DNA of 64,000 nucleotides from Nageia nagi (lineage: Eukaryota; Plantae; Pinophyta): contig JBITNC010000001.1 in the NCBI GenBank assembly GCA_050084985.1, positions 171,554,001-171,618,000 on the forward strand. Direction: 5' to 3'. Positions 13,290 to 25,999 of this stretch are shown here, piece by piece. The translations under genes were made by a program, and so were the position numbers. A model generated the notes under the pieces. It ran no database searches. It was not told the DNA's origin and worked only from the letters and a program-made list of their open reading frames with translations. The first letter of the stretch is position 1. Each line of letters starts with the position of its first letter.

Positions 13290-14340
13290 AACATGTTGAT
13301 ATGATGAGCTTGAATTATATTTCCAAAATCTAGGTGCATCAAAAATAATGAGTGCTTTTCACCCCTTGGAAAACATGCGCCTGGGCCCAAGATGCAAGAT
13401 TTCATACTTAGACAAAGATCCTGGGTCCCAAAGATGCATGTCCAAGAGGCTGGCGCACCAAAATGGATGGGTGCTTTTTCATCCCTTGAAAAATATGCAC
13501 ACAACTTTCATGTTGCGTTAAATGGTGCAAATCAAGTAAAACTCTAAGAAAAATGATTCAAAAATGTCTCTTAGAATGACGCGCACCAATTTCAATTGCT
13601 GCTTCCCTTTAATGCATGCAAAACTTAACACATAATGGAGCAATTTGACCAAAATGTATACATAATGAAGTTGACCCCCTTTTTATAGCCTGTGCGCTCA
13701 TATGGGCAGGTGTCACATGCTAACAGGTGCAAATGAAGGTCCAATGCATGGTGAAACACTTGTTTGGCTCATAATGAATGTTCCAGAATTTTGACACTTA
13801 ACCAATATTCATGCACCTGAAGGGTAGGCGCACCATTTTGGGTGAGTGCTTTTTCACTCCCCAAAAACCATGCACTCAAGCTTTTTCCCATAAAAAATGC
13901 TAAGTGTTAGAAATACTTCATTCCCTTGGACGCACCTTTTCAAGAGGGTGCTTTTTCACTATGTGAAAACCATGCGCCCAAGTCCAAAACTTCTCAAAAA
14001 TAACCAGAATGATATGCAATGAGGAGAATGCCATGTTTTGACAATGAGAAGCAAACTAGACATGAAAAATGCAGATTTAAAACATGAAAATGAAAGAGTT
14101 AACCATGATGAGTGCAATGTAACATTGGGCACACCATTTTTGGTGAGTGCAAAAGCACTCACTCAAAATCATGAGCCTAAGAGGAAAAGTGGCTTTTGGG
14201 ACTTGTTCAACAAAATTATGCAATTTTATCACTTTTCTTCTTGTTTTCGTTTGAGACTCATGCATATGACTTTAAAAATTTTCATACCTTGCTTTTCAGT
14301 TGCATGAGGGTCCTCGAAAATGCAAAATTTTTGGGGGTGT
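13290..14340 (-). mobile_element. LTR fragment related to 8800-9170 (upstream region of accessory ORF D)
   Basis: GGGTGCTTTTTCACT.TGTGAAAACC.TGCGCC at about 13946 matches about 8930. GTGCTTTTTCA and GCGCAC recur. Confidence 0.55.
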
Positions 14341-14907
14341 TGTGTAGGCACGACACCAAGATGTCTCCCAAGGCTGGTGCAAGTCTCAAGATGGCTCTCC
14401 TAGCACTAGGTCTGGAAGGCTCTCCAAGTTTGACGCAATCTCTCCAAGTGCGTGTAAGTGCGAATAGGCCACTTCTAGGCTAAGGAGCAGCTCTAATCCT
14501 TGTAAAGAAGAGAGGGGAGCAGGCCCAACTCCAAGATGATCCAAGGTCGAATGCAAACTGATGATGTCTCCTTGTGATCACAATCCTTGCTTATATAGAT
14601 GTCCAAAATTGCAATAAATGTCTCCCAAAGGCAGCCAACTAGGAGAGGAGAAATAATAAAACATAGAGTGGCTCCTAAGTCTCCCAAGATGGCCGACTAC
14701 GCATGGGAGCATAACCTCTTAAAATGGCCCTTTTATTTGGCTCTAGCAAATACATAATTTGCTCTTATTGAGCACTGCCCTTTGAGGCACAAATATAAAT
14801 ATGAAAGTAAATAATTTGACAAATAAAAGACTCTTAATCTTAATACTAAAAGTCAAAGTGAATAAATGAGGGGTGACGTCTAGATGTCCCAAATTGGGGA
14901 CATTACA
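14341..14907 (-). mobile_element. Short gypsy-type LTR (about 567 bp)
   Basis: Minus strand starts TGTAATGTCCCCAATTTGGGACATC and ends CCTACACA; CTATATAAGC internal. No TSD seen. Confidence 0.6.
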
Positions 14908-15467
14908 AAATTCTATTGAGTTCAGGCATGAGTATCAGAACACCAATATTCAGGGACCCAAATCCTAAAGCATCAATGTTCAGGATTTCCTAGAGATGTT
15001 TCAAACATTATCAATGGTATATGTGTTTATGCTCCCAACATCTATAAGGAATATTAAGTATATACTTCTGCATTGATTATTTATTCGGCCTGTAGAATTC
15101 TTTTTTCCTATCATCCTAGGTTTGGAATGATCCTTTTCAGCATGTTTTTGGACTCTCTTTCAGACAGTATTTTATTTGCGCCTTCTACTTTTCAATTACC
15201 AACATAACAACAAAAATGTAAAAGAAAATATAACTATGTTATGAAATATGATATCAAATATTTTATTTTGAGGAGGAACTATTTGTTATGGAGATTATAC
15301 TGTCAACAATTCAATAATGAGAAGGACAAGTACTAACAACTCAGGAATATAGTGAACTCAGTTTAATAGCAACCAAAGCATCATGAAAAGAGGATTGCAA
15401 GAGAGACATTTTTTTCAGAAAAACACAAATATAATTAGATAATGTAATTTTGAAAATATGCACTCAC

Positions 15468-15781
15468 CCAACAATGTAGATTCTCAGGTAGACAACAGAG
15501 TCGAGACCTGCATGCTCAATAAGCTCAGAATCAGGCATTTTCAGAGCCTCTGGAATCCAGTTTAGAAATTTGAGATATGTTCTCAAATCTAAATTTATAA
15601 ATCTCCCTCCTGATGTCCCCACATGTCTTGGGCTGTCCCTCAATCCTTTCAGATACCATTTTGGGAAGTAAATCCTATCATTTATAGGCTGTAATCTAAG
15701 AAATGCAAATGCCAACAAGAATATGAAGGCACTGAGAATGTTTATTCCTGCAGCAAATCCAATATCCTCCAGTGTTGCCAT
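15468..15781 (-). CDS. OSCA1: First coding exon of an OSCA1/CSC1-like (ERD4/TMEM63 family) hyperosmolality-gated, mechanosensitive Ca2+-permeable channel
   Basis: Translation MATLEDIGFAAGINILSAFIFLLAFAFLRLQPINDRIYFPKWYLKGLRDSP...FLNWIPEALKMPDSELIEHAGLDSVVYLRIYIVG matches the plant OSCA1/CSC1 N-terminus. ATG at 15781; the exon ends in phase 2 at GG|GTGAGT (donor 15467-15462). No internal stops. Confidence 0.95.
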
Positions 15782-18700
15782 CAACTGCAATTATAATGAC
15801 CCCTGAAACATCAACAATGCTATTACAGTACTGTTTTTTTTTCCAAAAAAAAAAGCAAAATATAGGGAAACTATATTAAAATTTAAAACAAAATTTACAC
15901 AAGCATCCTCCACCAAGCAACCCACTTTTATAAGGAACAGGCTTTATAAAAAATAACAAATAGGATTGTCACCAGGAAGAACAATAAAAGACAATTCATC
16001 TTCACATAGAAAAGAATACTAGCAAAATGAAACTGTCCATTGAAAGCACAGATGGACTAAAATCCTGTCAAGTAAGATTCTTATGTAAAAAGCAAGTGTA
16101 TGTATACAATTACAAAGGAGTGTACTTAATATGAAACAAAAAGGCAAGCAATAAGTTCAGTAAAGGAACCAAAAAAGATATCAAGAATAATTAGAACAAA
16201 CAGATGTGTAAATAAATGGAGAAGGCTGATCTTCTACACTTTAAAAAAAGCCAAGAGGAAAAAGCGTCTAATTTTCAAAGGAAACCAATACAACTCTTGC
16301 ATGATACAGGAGTAGAACTGAAAAAGAAACAAATATAAGGATTCAAATTCTTTATTCCGTAAACCAACAAATCTGCAAGATATTAAAGTTTACTACAATA
16401 ATCCTTCAGTGAAAAATGTGGAAATTCAATTTCAGACTTGAAAACAGGTCTGCAGAAGTACATGGATCAATAGCTATTACACACAACCCAAATATCCATC
16501 ATTGGTTGTACTTAATAACCACCCAACCCAAATCCACAACTTCCCTAGAAGAATACAGTTAGAAGAACTTTTGATTAGCTTTGGGCTTCCTTCAAGTCTC
16601 TAAGCATGGCAGGTTAGTTTGCCTGAAGTCAATAACATTAGAGGAAAAGAGGGGAAAATTAGCAAGATACTTTATTAGCTCGAGATGGTACAACGATGAG
16701 AAGTGTGGTTGTTACTTGGTTGCTGCATGTTCTAACACTCCTAAGGACTTCGCTTGTACCTATCTGATTTTGTGTGCAACCTTATCATCTCTTACCTATC
16801 CAATTAAGGGCAATGAGATTTTCCCTATTAGTATTGTACATAATGTTAGCAAGAGTGCACATGGGGCCAACCATCCAAGGGCAGTTCTACCACAATCTTT
16901 TCCTCTTTATCAAAAAAGGAGAAAGAATAATATTCATGCCCTACTACTACAAATTTGGTCATGGAAGCACATTGTCGTCCTTCATCCACTTCTTCCTCTC
17001 TCGATAGATGACATCGAGTGGGCTCCTCCTAACTTCAAAAAGGAAGCCCAAAGCATAGAGCATTAGAGAGAATTATCTTAAAGGCACGGGATGAGGTGTT
17101 TTTGATGCCTCAAAGAGAGTGAAGACTTGAAAGGTGGAAAAGTGTCAAGATCCAAGCCAAGACCACTTTTGAAGAGCAAGGGAGAAAATTCGCATCATTC
17201 TGGGTCTTACAAGGATCAAGAAGCAAATTCGCACCATTCTAAGGTCTTACAAGACAAAAATGACATATTTGCACCTCAAAAGGGTTTTACAGGACAAAAG
17301 GGAGAAATTCACACCATTTGAGGGTTTTAAGATCTTAAGATTATTTAGGTGCAACAAGCACGCTTAATCGCACATCTTTAGGGTCTAAAAAAAGTAAGAT
17401 TTGGTTTTGGTGTGCAATTGAAAATGTAAAATCAGAGTGAGATGAAAATTGAGCTCGAGTGAATCAATTCTAATATGTTTAAAAGCTCAAGGAATGATAT
17501 AGCATCATTTCAAAGTCTTAAAGAGGGCCAAGGACTAGTTCACACCTCAAGGAAGTCTTAAAAAATCAAATTCACATCTTTTGGTTGTCTTACAAGGCAA
17601 ATCACGCCTAGCCGCATGTTTTTGGGTCTTAAAACTTCAAAAAATTTAAAGGTGCGAATAAGGAGAAAGTCGCATGTTTTGGTGATCCAACCTTGATTCC
17701 TTCTATTGGAGAGAAGTATCTTGAAGATTCTTCTTCTATGTTTGAGGAGAGCATGTTATTAAATTCTTCCTTGAATGATATGGATATTGATATGCTCGAT
17801 TCTTCTATTGATCATTTGAAGACTATAAAAATTGATGATTGTACATGTGTTGAAGGGGATTCTTAGATGATTCCTCTTATGTAGAGAAGGATGCTCCTTT
17901 TGGCACTTTTATGAGTAAGAAGGGACTCTCTCATTGGCACTTTCTATGTATCTCTCCTAATAATGAAAGGCTTGTTAGTATTTATCTTGCTCGAAGTGTT
18001 CTTATTAATAAGCATGTAGATCATATTCAAAACCACTATTCTTCCTAGTTTTTGATGACTACTTCCATTGCATTTGTAAAATTTGGAGGTTCATTAAATA
18101 CAACTTGTGAAGACAATTTGGAGGTTCATTGATTACAACTTGTGAGGACAATTATCATATTGATTATGGTTCTCCTCAATAACTTTGTGGCTACACTTTT
18201 TCATTTGACCTTGGTAAAACTAGTAAGATTACTTTGGAGTTCTTTGACATTATCAAGAGGTAAATATTTGATGTAATGCCATCTGCTTAAATCTCAAGCA
18301 AATAAGATATCTAATATATACTATTTGATTATTATTATTATTATTATATATATGAGAAATTCTTATATAAGTAGGAACCCTAATGTATTCACATATAAGG
18401 GGTTGCCTCCTTTTATGAAAAATCTTTTTACCTAAAAAGGGTTAAATGGGATATATTAATACCACCAACCCTCTCATCTTCTCATATGGATTGTAATAAA
18501 GAGTTTAATATTTTTATAAGTTAAGAGCACTTTAGAGTTGTGGCCCACCAAATCAAGTGTTAATATATCTCTTTACTATTATTTATTTGCTCTTACCTTA
18601 GGTGTTCATTTTTGGATACCCTATAAAATCCTACTTGGTGGATCCTATAGGCACCAAAGATTGTAGTGAAGAAACAAAAAGCATTTTTAAGTTGGTATAC

Positions 18701-18893
18701 TAATTGTGCATAAGCTATACTAAATCTCGAGCAATTCAAAAAACCAATTAACTATTTTTTATTCCATTTTCTCCTTTTTTCAACTGTAATATAGCATAAA
18801 TTTGTTTTTGCACTGTTAGTTGATACTCACAAATAATCATGTTTAACTAACACATACATAACCATCAACATTCCCATAGCAATTTGTTGTGCT

Positions 18894-21544
18894 TGTTGGG
18901 GTGTTTTTCTTTCCTACCCTGGAGTAGTGAGAAAAATGCCAACACCTCAGGTGAAGGAACGTGACTCCCTCCCGCTATGGGGACTGAGTACCCCAAAGGT
19001 TAGCTTCACAACTTGGTGAGGATAACTTAGGGAATGGCTGAGATGTTTGAAGCTGCCACCAACATGAATATCATGTGTGGATTCAAGGACTCGAATTGTC
19101 TTTGTAGCCAGTCTAGATTGTTTCTGGAAAATGCTAAAGGGAAATAGGGGTGCGAAAATCGCGGAAAAAAGTGTAAAATAAAGAAAATAAAAAAATGAAA
19201 AATTGGTGGAAAGATCATGGGTAGTAGGATGCAACTATAGGCATGCGTACTCACGAGCTTGGGATAAAGTCCTCAAGAGTCGACTTGCTGGGTCTCGACG
19301 TAGGTTCCACGCACCCTCAATCCATTCCACTAGCTAACAACACAACTAGTCTAGTGGAAGGAGCATGAAGTTGTGGCAAGGATGGAATAGGATGAGTGAA
19401 GGTGACACTCAACAATCCGGGTGAAGTTCCTACTATGGCTGAGATGTTTGAAGTTGCCACCAACATGAATATCATGTGTGGATTCAAGGACTCGAATTGT
19501 CTTTGTAGCCAATCTAGTTTTTTCTGGAAAATGTTAAAGGGAAATTAGGGTGCATAAATCGTGAAAAAAAGTGTAAAATAAAGAAAATAAAAAAGTGAAA
19601 AATTGGTGGAAAGACCGTGGGTAGTAGGATGCAACTGTAGGCATGCATACTCATGGGCTTGGGATAAGGTCCTCAAGAGTCGACTTGCTGGGTCTCAACG
19701 TAGGTTCCACACACCCTCAATCCGTTCCACTAGCCAACAACACGACTAGTCTAGTGGAAGAAGTGTGAAGCTATGGCAAGGATGGAATAGGATGGGTGAA
19801 GGTGACACTCAACAATCCGGGTGAAGTTCCTACTATGAGCGACATCAACAAGACATCTTGAGGTATCCAAACCTAAGACTGCAAATGACAAAATATCACG
19901 AACCAGATGTTAATCAACCACTTCATAAAATATACAAGCATTCTCTTGTCCATCCCAACTGGAATTTACAAGATGCACCAAGTGATTAAAAATCAACACA
20001 AAGCAGTGATAGAACAAACTAGACAACACTGTCAATCATTCATTCAAATTTGACATTATAGAATGAGAAGCATTTCGTCACAATTACATATACATACACC
20101 ACATTTAACAACTTAGAGAATTTTTGGTCTGGCAAGCAAAAGTTCCTTTCAATTGTTAAAAGTGTCAATCCCCCTTACAAATGAATCAAAATGGGGTATT
20201 AATAGTATTTTGGAGCAACCACTGTGTTGCCCTAACCTTAATTACGAGTTTCAAGAAAATAAGATGCGGTCCAATAATAATACACCAGATGGCATTACAA
20301 GATTTATTCCAACACTTGTGGGAGCAAATCCTCATCCGTCACAAGGCTGTACAAAATTTAATAAGTCTTTGAGATCCAAATTTAAAAATAAAATTGCAAT
20401 AAAATAACATAAAATAAAGCTAATTGTTGTGCCTGCAACATCACGCCTTGATTCTTCGATCTATTCCTGTTGGTCCACCTTCTCTGTCTCTGCTACACAA
20501 TGCCTCTCTTCTAACTCCTTGGCGAGCTTGGTGACATCTTATCCGCTCCACCCCAGTGGATTTGACTTAATCAGTTTTCGTCTTAAAGGTATGAACCTCC
20601 AAGTCTTGCGGGTTCTCTAGGTCTTTGTTCAAGGAAACTCTAGTGACAGAAATTGTATTGTTCACCTTAAACACAAACCTACTCACATAGTGAGTGTCTG
20701 TAGATTTGTCTCTTGCTCTCAGGCTGGGATCCATGTGCAGTGATCTCATTAAGGCTACGATGTCAACGTTGTGCTTCTATCTTGGCAAGGCATCGCCAGT
20801 GGTCATGCCTCTCTTTGTCTTGCCTCCTTGCTTTGGTGCCTCGGGGTTCGGTTCAGCCCTTTTGGTGCACATTATGAGGTGTAGGATAATTTGAATTTGA
20901 AAAAATGAGCTCCTCAAGATGGTGTTTATAGGCAAATTTTGGTTTCCAAGAAACCCTAGTCAGCTAGGCATGAAAGGAATTGATCTTGGCCATTCAGATG
21001 GCCAACTTCGAGATGTGTTCACGCTCAAAATTCCATGCCTGATTGTTGGAGACCGGACGTGGGGGTTTTGAGGCTCTTCCAGGGTTGGTGCATGTCCAGA
21101 AAAGACAAAATTTTGTCTTTCTAGAACATTCACTCAACCTGACGATGCATGCTCTTCGCCCATTGTTTTCCTGTGTTCCCCACTCGTCTGTCTCAACCTT
21201 TTATGCTCAAGATGAAACCTGAACTTGCCTGTTTTGCGTTTTCTAGTGTCCCAACTTGCCGATTTTGCCCAACGAATTGACCCAAAGGCTCCTTCAAGCC
21301 TGGCGCATGATTCCAAAAGATAAGATTTTGTCCTTTTGAAACATGCTCCAAGTTCTCCGGCTGCTCCAGTCTGGGCACATGGTCCAAAAGTCAAGATTTT
21401 GTCTTCCTAAAGCATGTGCTAGGTTGTAGGTAGCCAGATTTGCTTCGTTTTGGTCTTCTGCTCCCGAGATTTAGCCAAATATTCAAATTCACCCTGTCCT
21501 GGTGTCTTCCCAAGCTTGGCGCATGTTCCCAAAAGTCATGAATT
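18894..21544 (-). mobile_element. Family C LTR fragment inside the putative 5'-UTR intron
   Basis: TGTTGGGGTGTTTTTCTTTCCTACCC at 18894 is the inverted end of 5441-6441. Homology extends through 19250 and 21100-21540. Confidence 0.7.
19034..19834. repeat. ~400-bp tandem duplication (two units)
   Basis: ATGGCTGAGATGTTTGAAG.TGCCACCAACATG at 19034 and 19435. Both units end GGTGAAGTTCCTACT; ATG microhomology at the junctions. Confidence 0.92.
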
Positions 21545-23068
21545 TGTAACATGTTTCAAAATCTTGAAGTTTCAATGCCTCTCCAAGATGTGAAATGGTG
21601 AAATCTTGTGCCTCAAGTCACATGTTCTCAAGTCTTGAAACTCAACATCCATTTTAGTGTGAATTTCCCTTCTTCCATTCCAAGTCCAATCGTATCATTT
21701 TCCATCTTAGAATCTAACATCCATTTTTGTGAGGAAATCTAGGAAAGCTATTTGCAAGCCACAAAATAACATCCAAATGAAGGTCATCCACCCAAAATTG
21801 GCCAAGCTAACTCTATTGGTTTGTTGCAACAAGTATTCTTTCAAATTGGAGATGAATTATTTCAAAGAAACAAAGAGATGAAAAGATGAAGGTCTGCAAA
21901 GACTTCCTTTCTTTCATCATGATCGAACAGAGAATACTGGGGGAAGAAATTCAAATTTGATGGCCCAAATAAAAGACTATGGATCAGAGAGCAGAAGTTG
22001 ATTTGAAGGACTTCTTTGAAGATGGTGGAATTATGAGAGATGAAAACAAGATCATGAGAAGAATTTAAGACACAATGGGTGGATTTGTCAACATTACAAG
22101 CCTGAGTGGACAAAGAGAAAGAAATATCAAAGACTGGAAAAGACTCCATAGTAGTTCCAAGTTATAACTCGAAGAGCTCAAAATTGGGTTAAACCAGGCT
22201 GTGCTTTGGTGAAAGAAGATTCAAAGGAAGGATTATAATTCTCACCAAGGCATGAAGATTAAATGAAGCGGACGAAAGCTTGATATTTAACACACAGTGG
22301 GACAAATTTGAACTAATCAATATAAAGTAAAGAAGTGCCTGTTAGGAGTTTCAACAGTCCATAGGCTTTGATGGCGAGGCTGTGATCTTGAAAACAACAT
22401 CTGCTTTAATGTCCAAACATTGAAGTGACCTTACAGGGTGACTGCTTGTTTGAGGATTATATTGTCATGATATCTAAAGATTTAATATTCAAAGTTCACC
22501 AATTTGGCAATATTTAATTTTTAGCAGGATGTAAATGATCTAACTAGAGTTATTATAATTTTGCCCAGACATAAGAATGAGCAGAACGAATTAAATCTTT
22601 TAGAATTGACTTGTGATTGATTATTTGCAACTTCACTGCATTTTTTAACATAACTCCATAAACAATAACTTATAATTGATTACATTAAGTTTTGTACTAA
22701 GCTTTTAAGTTTTTCTTTGCAGAATAAAAATAAGCAATTCAGTAGTCCTTGTGTTGAGGCTCCAAAAACAATAAATGAGAAATGTTTACATCATACTATG
22801 TTTTTGCTCATTTTCCATTAAAAAAATAAATAAATAAAACAAACTAGTAGCCTTTATCATAATTTAATATTGGATTTGTATCCATCTCTTAAATAAGAAC
22901 AAAGTAGCCCTTTTTGAGTTGTATCTGCATTATTTTGGTGTGCAGTGACGAACTTTTCTACTAAGAAATGCTTTACTAAAGTCCTTCTTGACAGTTTTAT
23001 ATAAGTTGAAGGTTGTTATGAATATTCATGTCCATCCAACAACAAAAAATCTGATTGGTTATGCTCAG

Positions 23069-23207
23069 TTAAAAACCCACTGATTATGTTTTTTTTTTTA
23101 AAACTCATAGATATATAATTACTTCTTGATCTAAAACTCTTAAAAACCCACTGATTGTGTTTTTTTTGCAAAACTCAGATATATAATTACTTCTTGATCT
23201 AAAACTC
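23069..23207. repeat. ~70-bp tandem duplication
   Basis: TTAAAAACCCACTGATT.TGTTTTTT...GATATATAATTACTTCTTGATCTAAAACTC present twice. Confidence 0.9.
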
Positions 23208-23414
23208 CTGTAACACACCAAACTTAATGATCATCACTGCCCTTAAGCATTGTTTTACTTTTCTATGTACAATTTGTTATAGAATAATTTACTTGCTAAA
23301 ACATGACTTGGAGTTTTGACGAAGAAATTGCTACAAGATTAGAATGCTGAGAGAGAATGTCCACACTCATACCATGAAAAACTACTTGATTGTGAAGTTG
23401 ATGGCTTAATGATA

Positions 23415-24329
23415 TGTAATGTCCTCAATTTTGAGAAAACTTGTTGAAGGCATAACTTTCTTCAGAATCCATGGATTGCCGACTTGTCTTCTAAAATGGA
23501 TAGAGAATCTCATGTCAATCGTTTTGATAGGTCACATGACATGTTTTTGTCAAGATACGAGGAAGATATGGACTTTTGAAGATTCGACCTTGAAGCCAGT
23601 TTCTACTATCACACACGCAGGACCCGCTTTATTAATATTGTATTTAGTGGCATTTGTCACTTAAAATTAATGGTTTGGCTCTATGAGAGGTATTAGGAGT
23701 AAATTTTATTTAGATTAGGAGTCTTTGTTATTTTATAATAAAAGAGGATCATGTTTGTAATAAAGAAATATATTATTCTTTAATTGTCCAACGTCTAGCT
23801 TAGAAGGAGTTATTTGTCAATTAAGAGTTACTTTATTTCTGGGTTGGGTCCGCCACCCACAAATTAGAATTAGACTTCTCCTAGCTCACTATAAAAGGGA
23901 AGTGAGCACCTTATTTGAAGACATCATCATTGTGCATTTGATATTTGATCTTTTGGAGTTAGGTTTGCTCGCCTTTCTTCCTTCTATAGTCTAGGGCTGC
24001 TCCTTAACCTAGAAGTGGCAAATTCGCTATTATTGACAATTGAAAAGCTTGCACCATACTAAAGAGTCATTTTAGCACTTGCGCTAGCCTTTAGGAGATC
24101 TTGGGAGCCTTGCGCCAACCCTCCTAAGCACTAGGAGTGTTGCGCCAACCTTTGGGAGTCTTGTTGTGCATTTTGGGAGTCCTGAGCGATGCCCTAGAAT
24201 TTGTTACAGACCTGCATTTAATTCTTCGTTATTGTATATGATATTTTGGCTCACATATTGAGTCCTTGTGTGGATGAATGCTCTTTCATTACTATTGTAC
24301 TGTTATCAATATTTATGGATAGGAACGCA
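23415..24329 (+). mobile_element. Solo LTR (about 915 bp)
   Basis: TGTAATGTCC start, CTATAAAAGGG at about 23890, end GGATAGGAACGCA. Flanks TGATA/TGAGA (4 of 5 TSD match). Confidence 0.6.
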
Positions 24330-25056
24330 TGAGAATTAAAGTGTTTTGGAAGCCTAATTTTGTTACATAACAAATCTGCGTTTGTACCCTAATTTTGATG
24401 GTTTCGCATGACATACGAACATTACTTTTGTTATATATAAAATCTGATTACTGTTGCGATAATTCAGTCTTGAAAGCATCATTAAGTGAATTAAAACATT
24501 TACAGTTTTGCCATAGTTGATGAATGAATGTGGAATTCGAATAAGTGAATTGTACATGTTTAGCTTAAACCCTAGAAAAACTCATTACATGATAGATGTG
24601 TGTCTATATATAATATAATCGTGAAAACACACAATTCACTGTTTCTGCAAATTTTTGAGGAAGCCGATAATTCAATTATATATTTTAAGAATGGCAAAAT
24701 TTTACAACTCTGATATATTGAATTACATTCTGTACAAAGCAAAAATGACGAATCCAATGACTTGAATTATTTTAAGAATGCTTTTTTTTAGCTTACCCTA
24801 AAAACTTTATTAGAAAATTAAATGAAAAATATCCTGTGGGAAAGATACAAACCTCAAATTTAATGACTTAATAGGAATTTTAAAAATATGAAATAAAGTT
24901 CCGAGAGAGAATCTTCAATCAAACGCACACAATATTTAGATCACACAAAGACTAATTTACCATAAAGCTAAATTTCAAAACTCTATCTTAAAGCCAAATT
25001 AACACTGAAATACATTTATTTTCCGCAGTCAAACAAAAAGCTAAAAAAGCACTTAC

Positions 25057-25650
25057 AGAATTTAATCAGCTGATTTTGCTGCAATTTCCTGAGGCGCTTC
25101 CCAGTTAATTCATCCACATTAAGCCATTATTAGTGGAATACAAAAGTTTATATTTGCCTCAAAAGTTAAAACCTAAAGGCTTCTAATATGCCACGGAAAT
25201 CCCATTCATACGGCTACTTCATTCACACAGAGCCTACTCAATAGGCCTTCCTCTGTCCAATTCGGCGAATTTCCATTAATTTTACGATAAAATTCTTTGA
25301 AATAGGCTACAAAATCGGAAAGGGAGACGAAAGGTTTTTCAAGTTTGAATTCAGGTGGAGATATTAGAATGAAATTCATCTTCTCGCGGACAAAAAAAGG
25401 GATTTCTCCGAACAAAGCGCCAAATAGTAGCATATTTCTTTCCGCCAAAGCGAGACGAAATGGCTCTTCGATGCAGCAAATTGATATGAAAATGATGATC
25501 GCTTGGCAATACTTTGTTGTCATTATATGCGAGCTCATTGTCATAACAGGCCAAGAAATGGCATGGCTTTTCGTATTTAAATCGTCCAGGCATCATCCTC
25601 TGTATTTAGTTGAGAAAGCACCGGTAGCAATAGACTCTTTATTGTGGTTA
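25057..25650 (-). promoter_or_regulatory. Putative non-coding first exon and promoter of the OSCA gene (CpG-retaining unique sequence)
   Basis: Dense CpG (ttcggcgaa, ctcgcgga, agcgcc, tccgcc, agcgagacg, atcgc, accgg) against CpG-depleted repeats. Bounded by a GTAAGT donor; TATA-like CATATAAT on the minus strand near 25525. Confidence 0.5.
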
Positions 25651-25999
25651 ACTCAAATCTCTATAACTAGAGATGGGTTAAAATAAAAATTCATTTTAAA
25701 AAAAATATCTAAATATATATTATTTATGTATTTAAATTATTGTTTCTTGTAAAATTAAGATTTATAATAATATTATTTATCTTGATTGAAAATTAGATGG
25801 TAATGATAATCAAATATTAAATATCATCAATAATTTTTCAATTTTTTTATATTATCATATAGAAAAGTATTTTTTCTCTATTACTTGTTATTTTAAATAT
25901 TTAAAATATTTATCTCAAATTAAGTTAGATCGATGCTTTTAAATAAGGATATGTGTATTTTTAATAATCAAATTGCATAGTTATGTTACACTTACAAGG

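Larger units (their letters stand above)
1..15467 (-). other. Giant intron of the OSCA gene (>15.4 kb, runs off the window), filled with nested retroelement fragments
   Basis: GTGAGT donor at 15467. No downstream OSCA exon (expected to continue ...GLKIF...) was recognised in 1-15467. Confidence 0.8.
15803..25056 (-). other. Probable ~9.3-kb 5'-UTR intron of the OSCA gene
   Basis: U-rich minus-strand tract ending TGTTTCAG| 21 nt before the ATG (alternative TTGCAG| 3 nt before the ATG). Candidate donor TCT|GTAAGT at 25056-25051, next to the CpG-rich unique region. Confidence 0.55.

Noticed and set aside
16581-17066. 161-aa ORF
   Set aside because: No recognisable motif, non-ATG start, antisense within the putative OSCA intron; probably a chance ORF.
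17050-18700. Short degenerate TCTTACAAG-type repeats and an (ATT)n tract
   Set aside because: Probably old repeat debris; boundaries and family could not be supported.
21545-22530. Possible additional LTR starting TGTAACA
   Set aside because: No matching end, TSD or second copy identified.
25206-25686. Overlapping ~112-aa ORFs on both strands
   Set aside because: No homology recognised; better explained as promoter/UTR sequence, although uORFs are not excluded.
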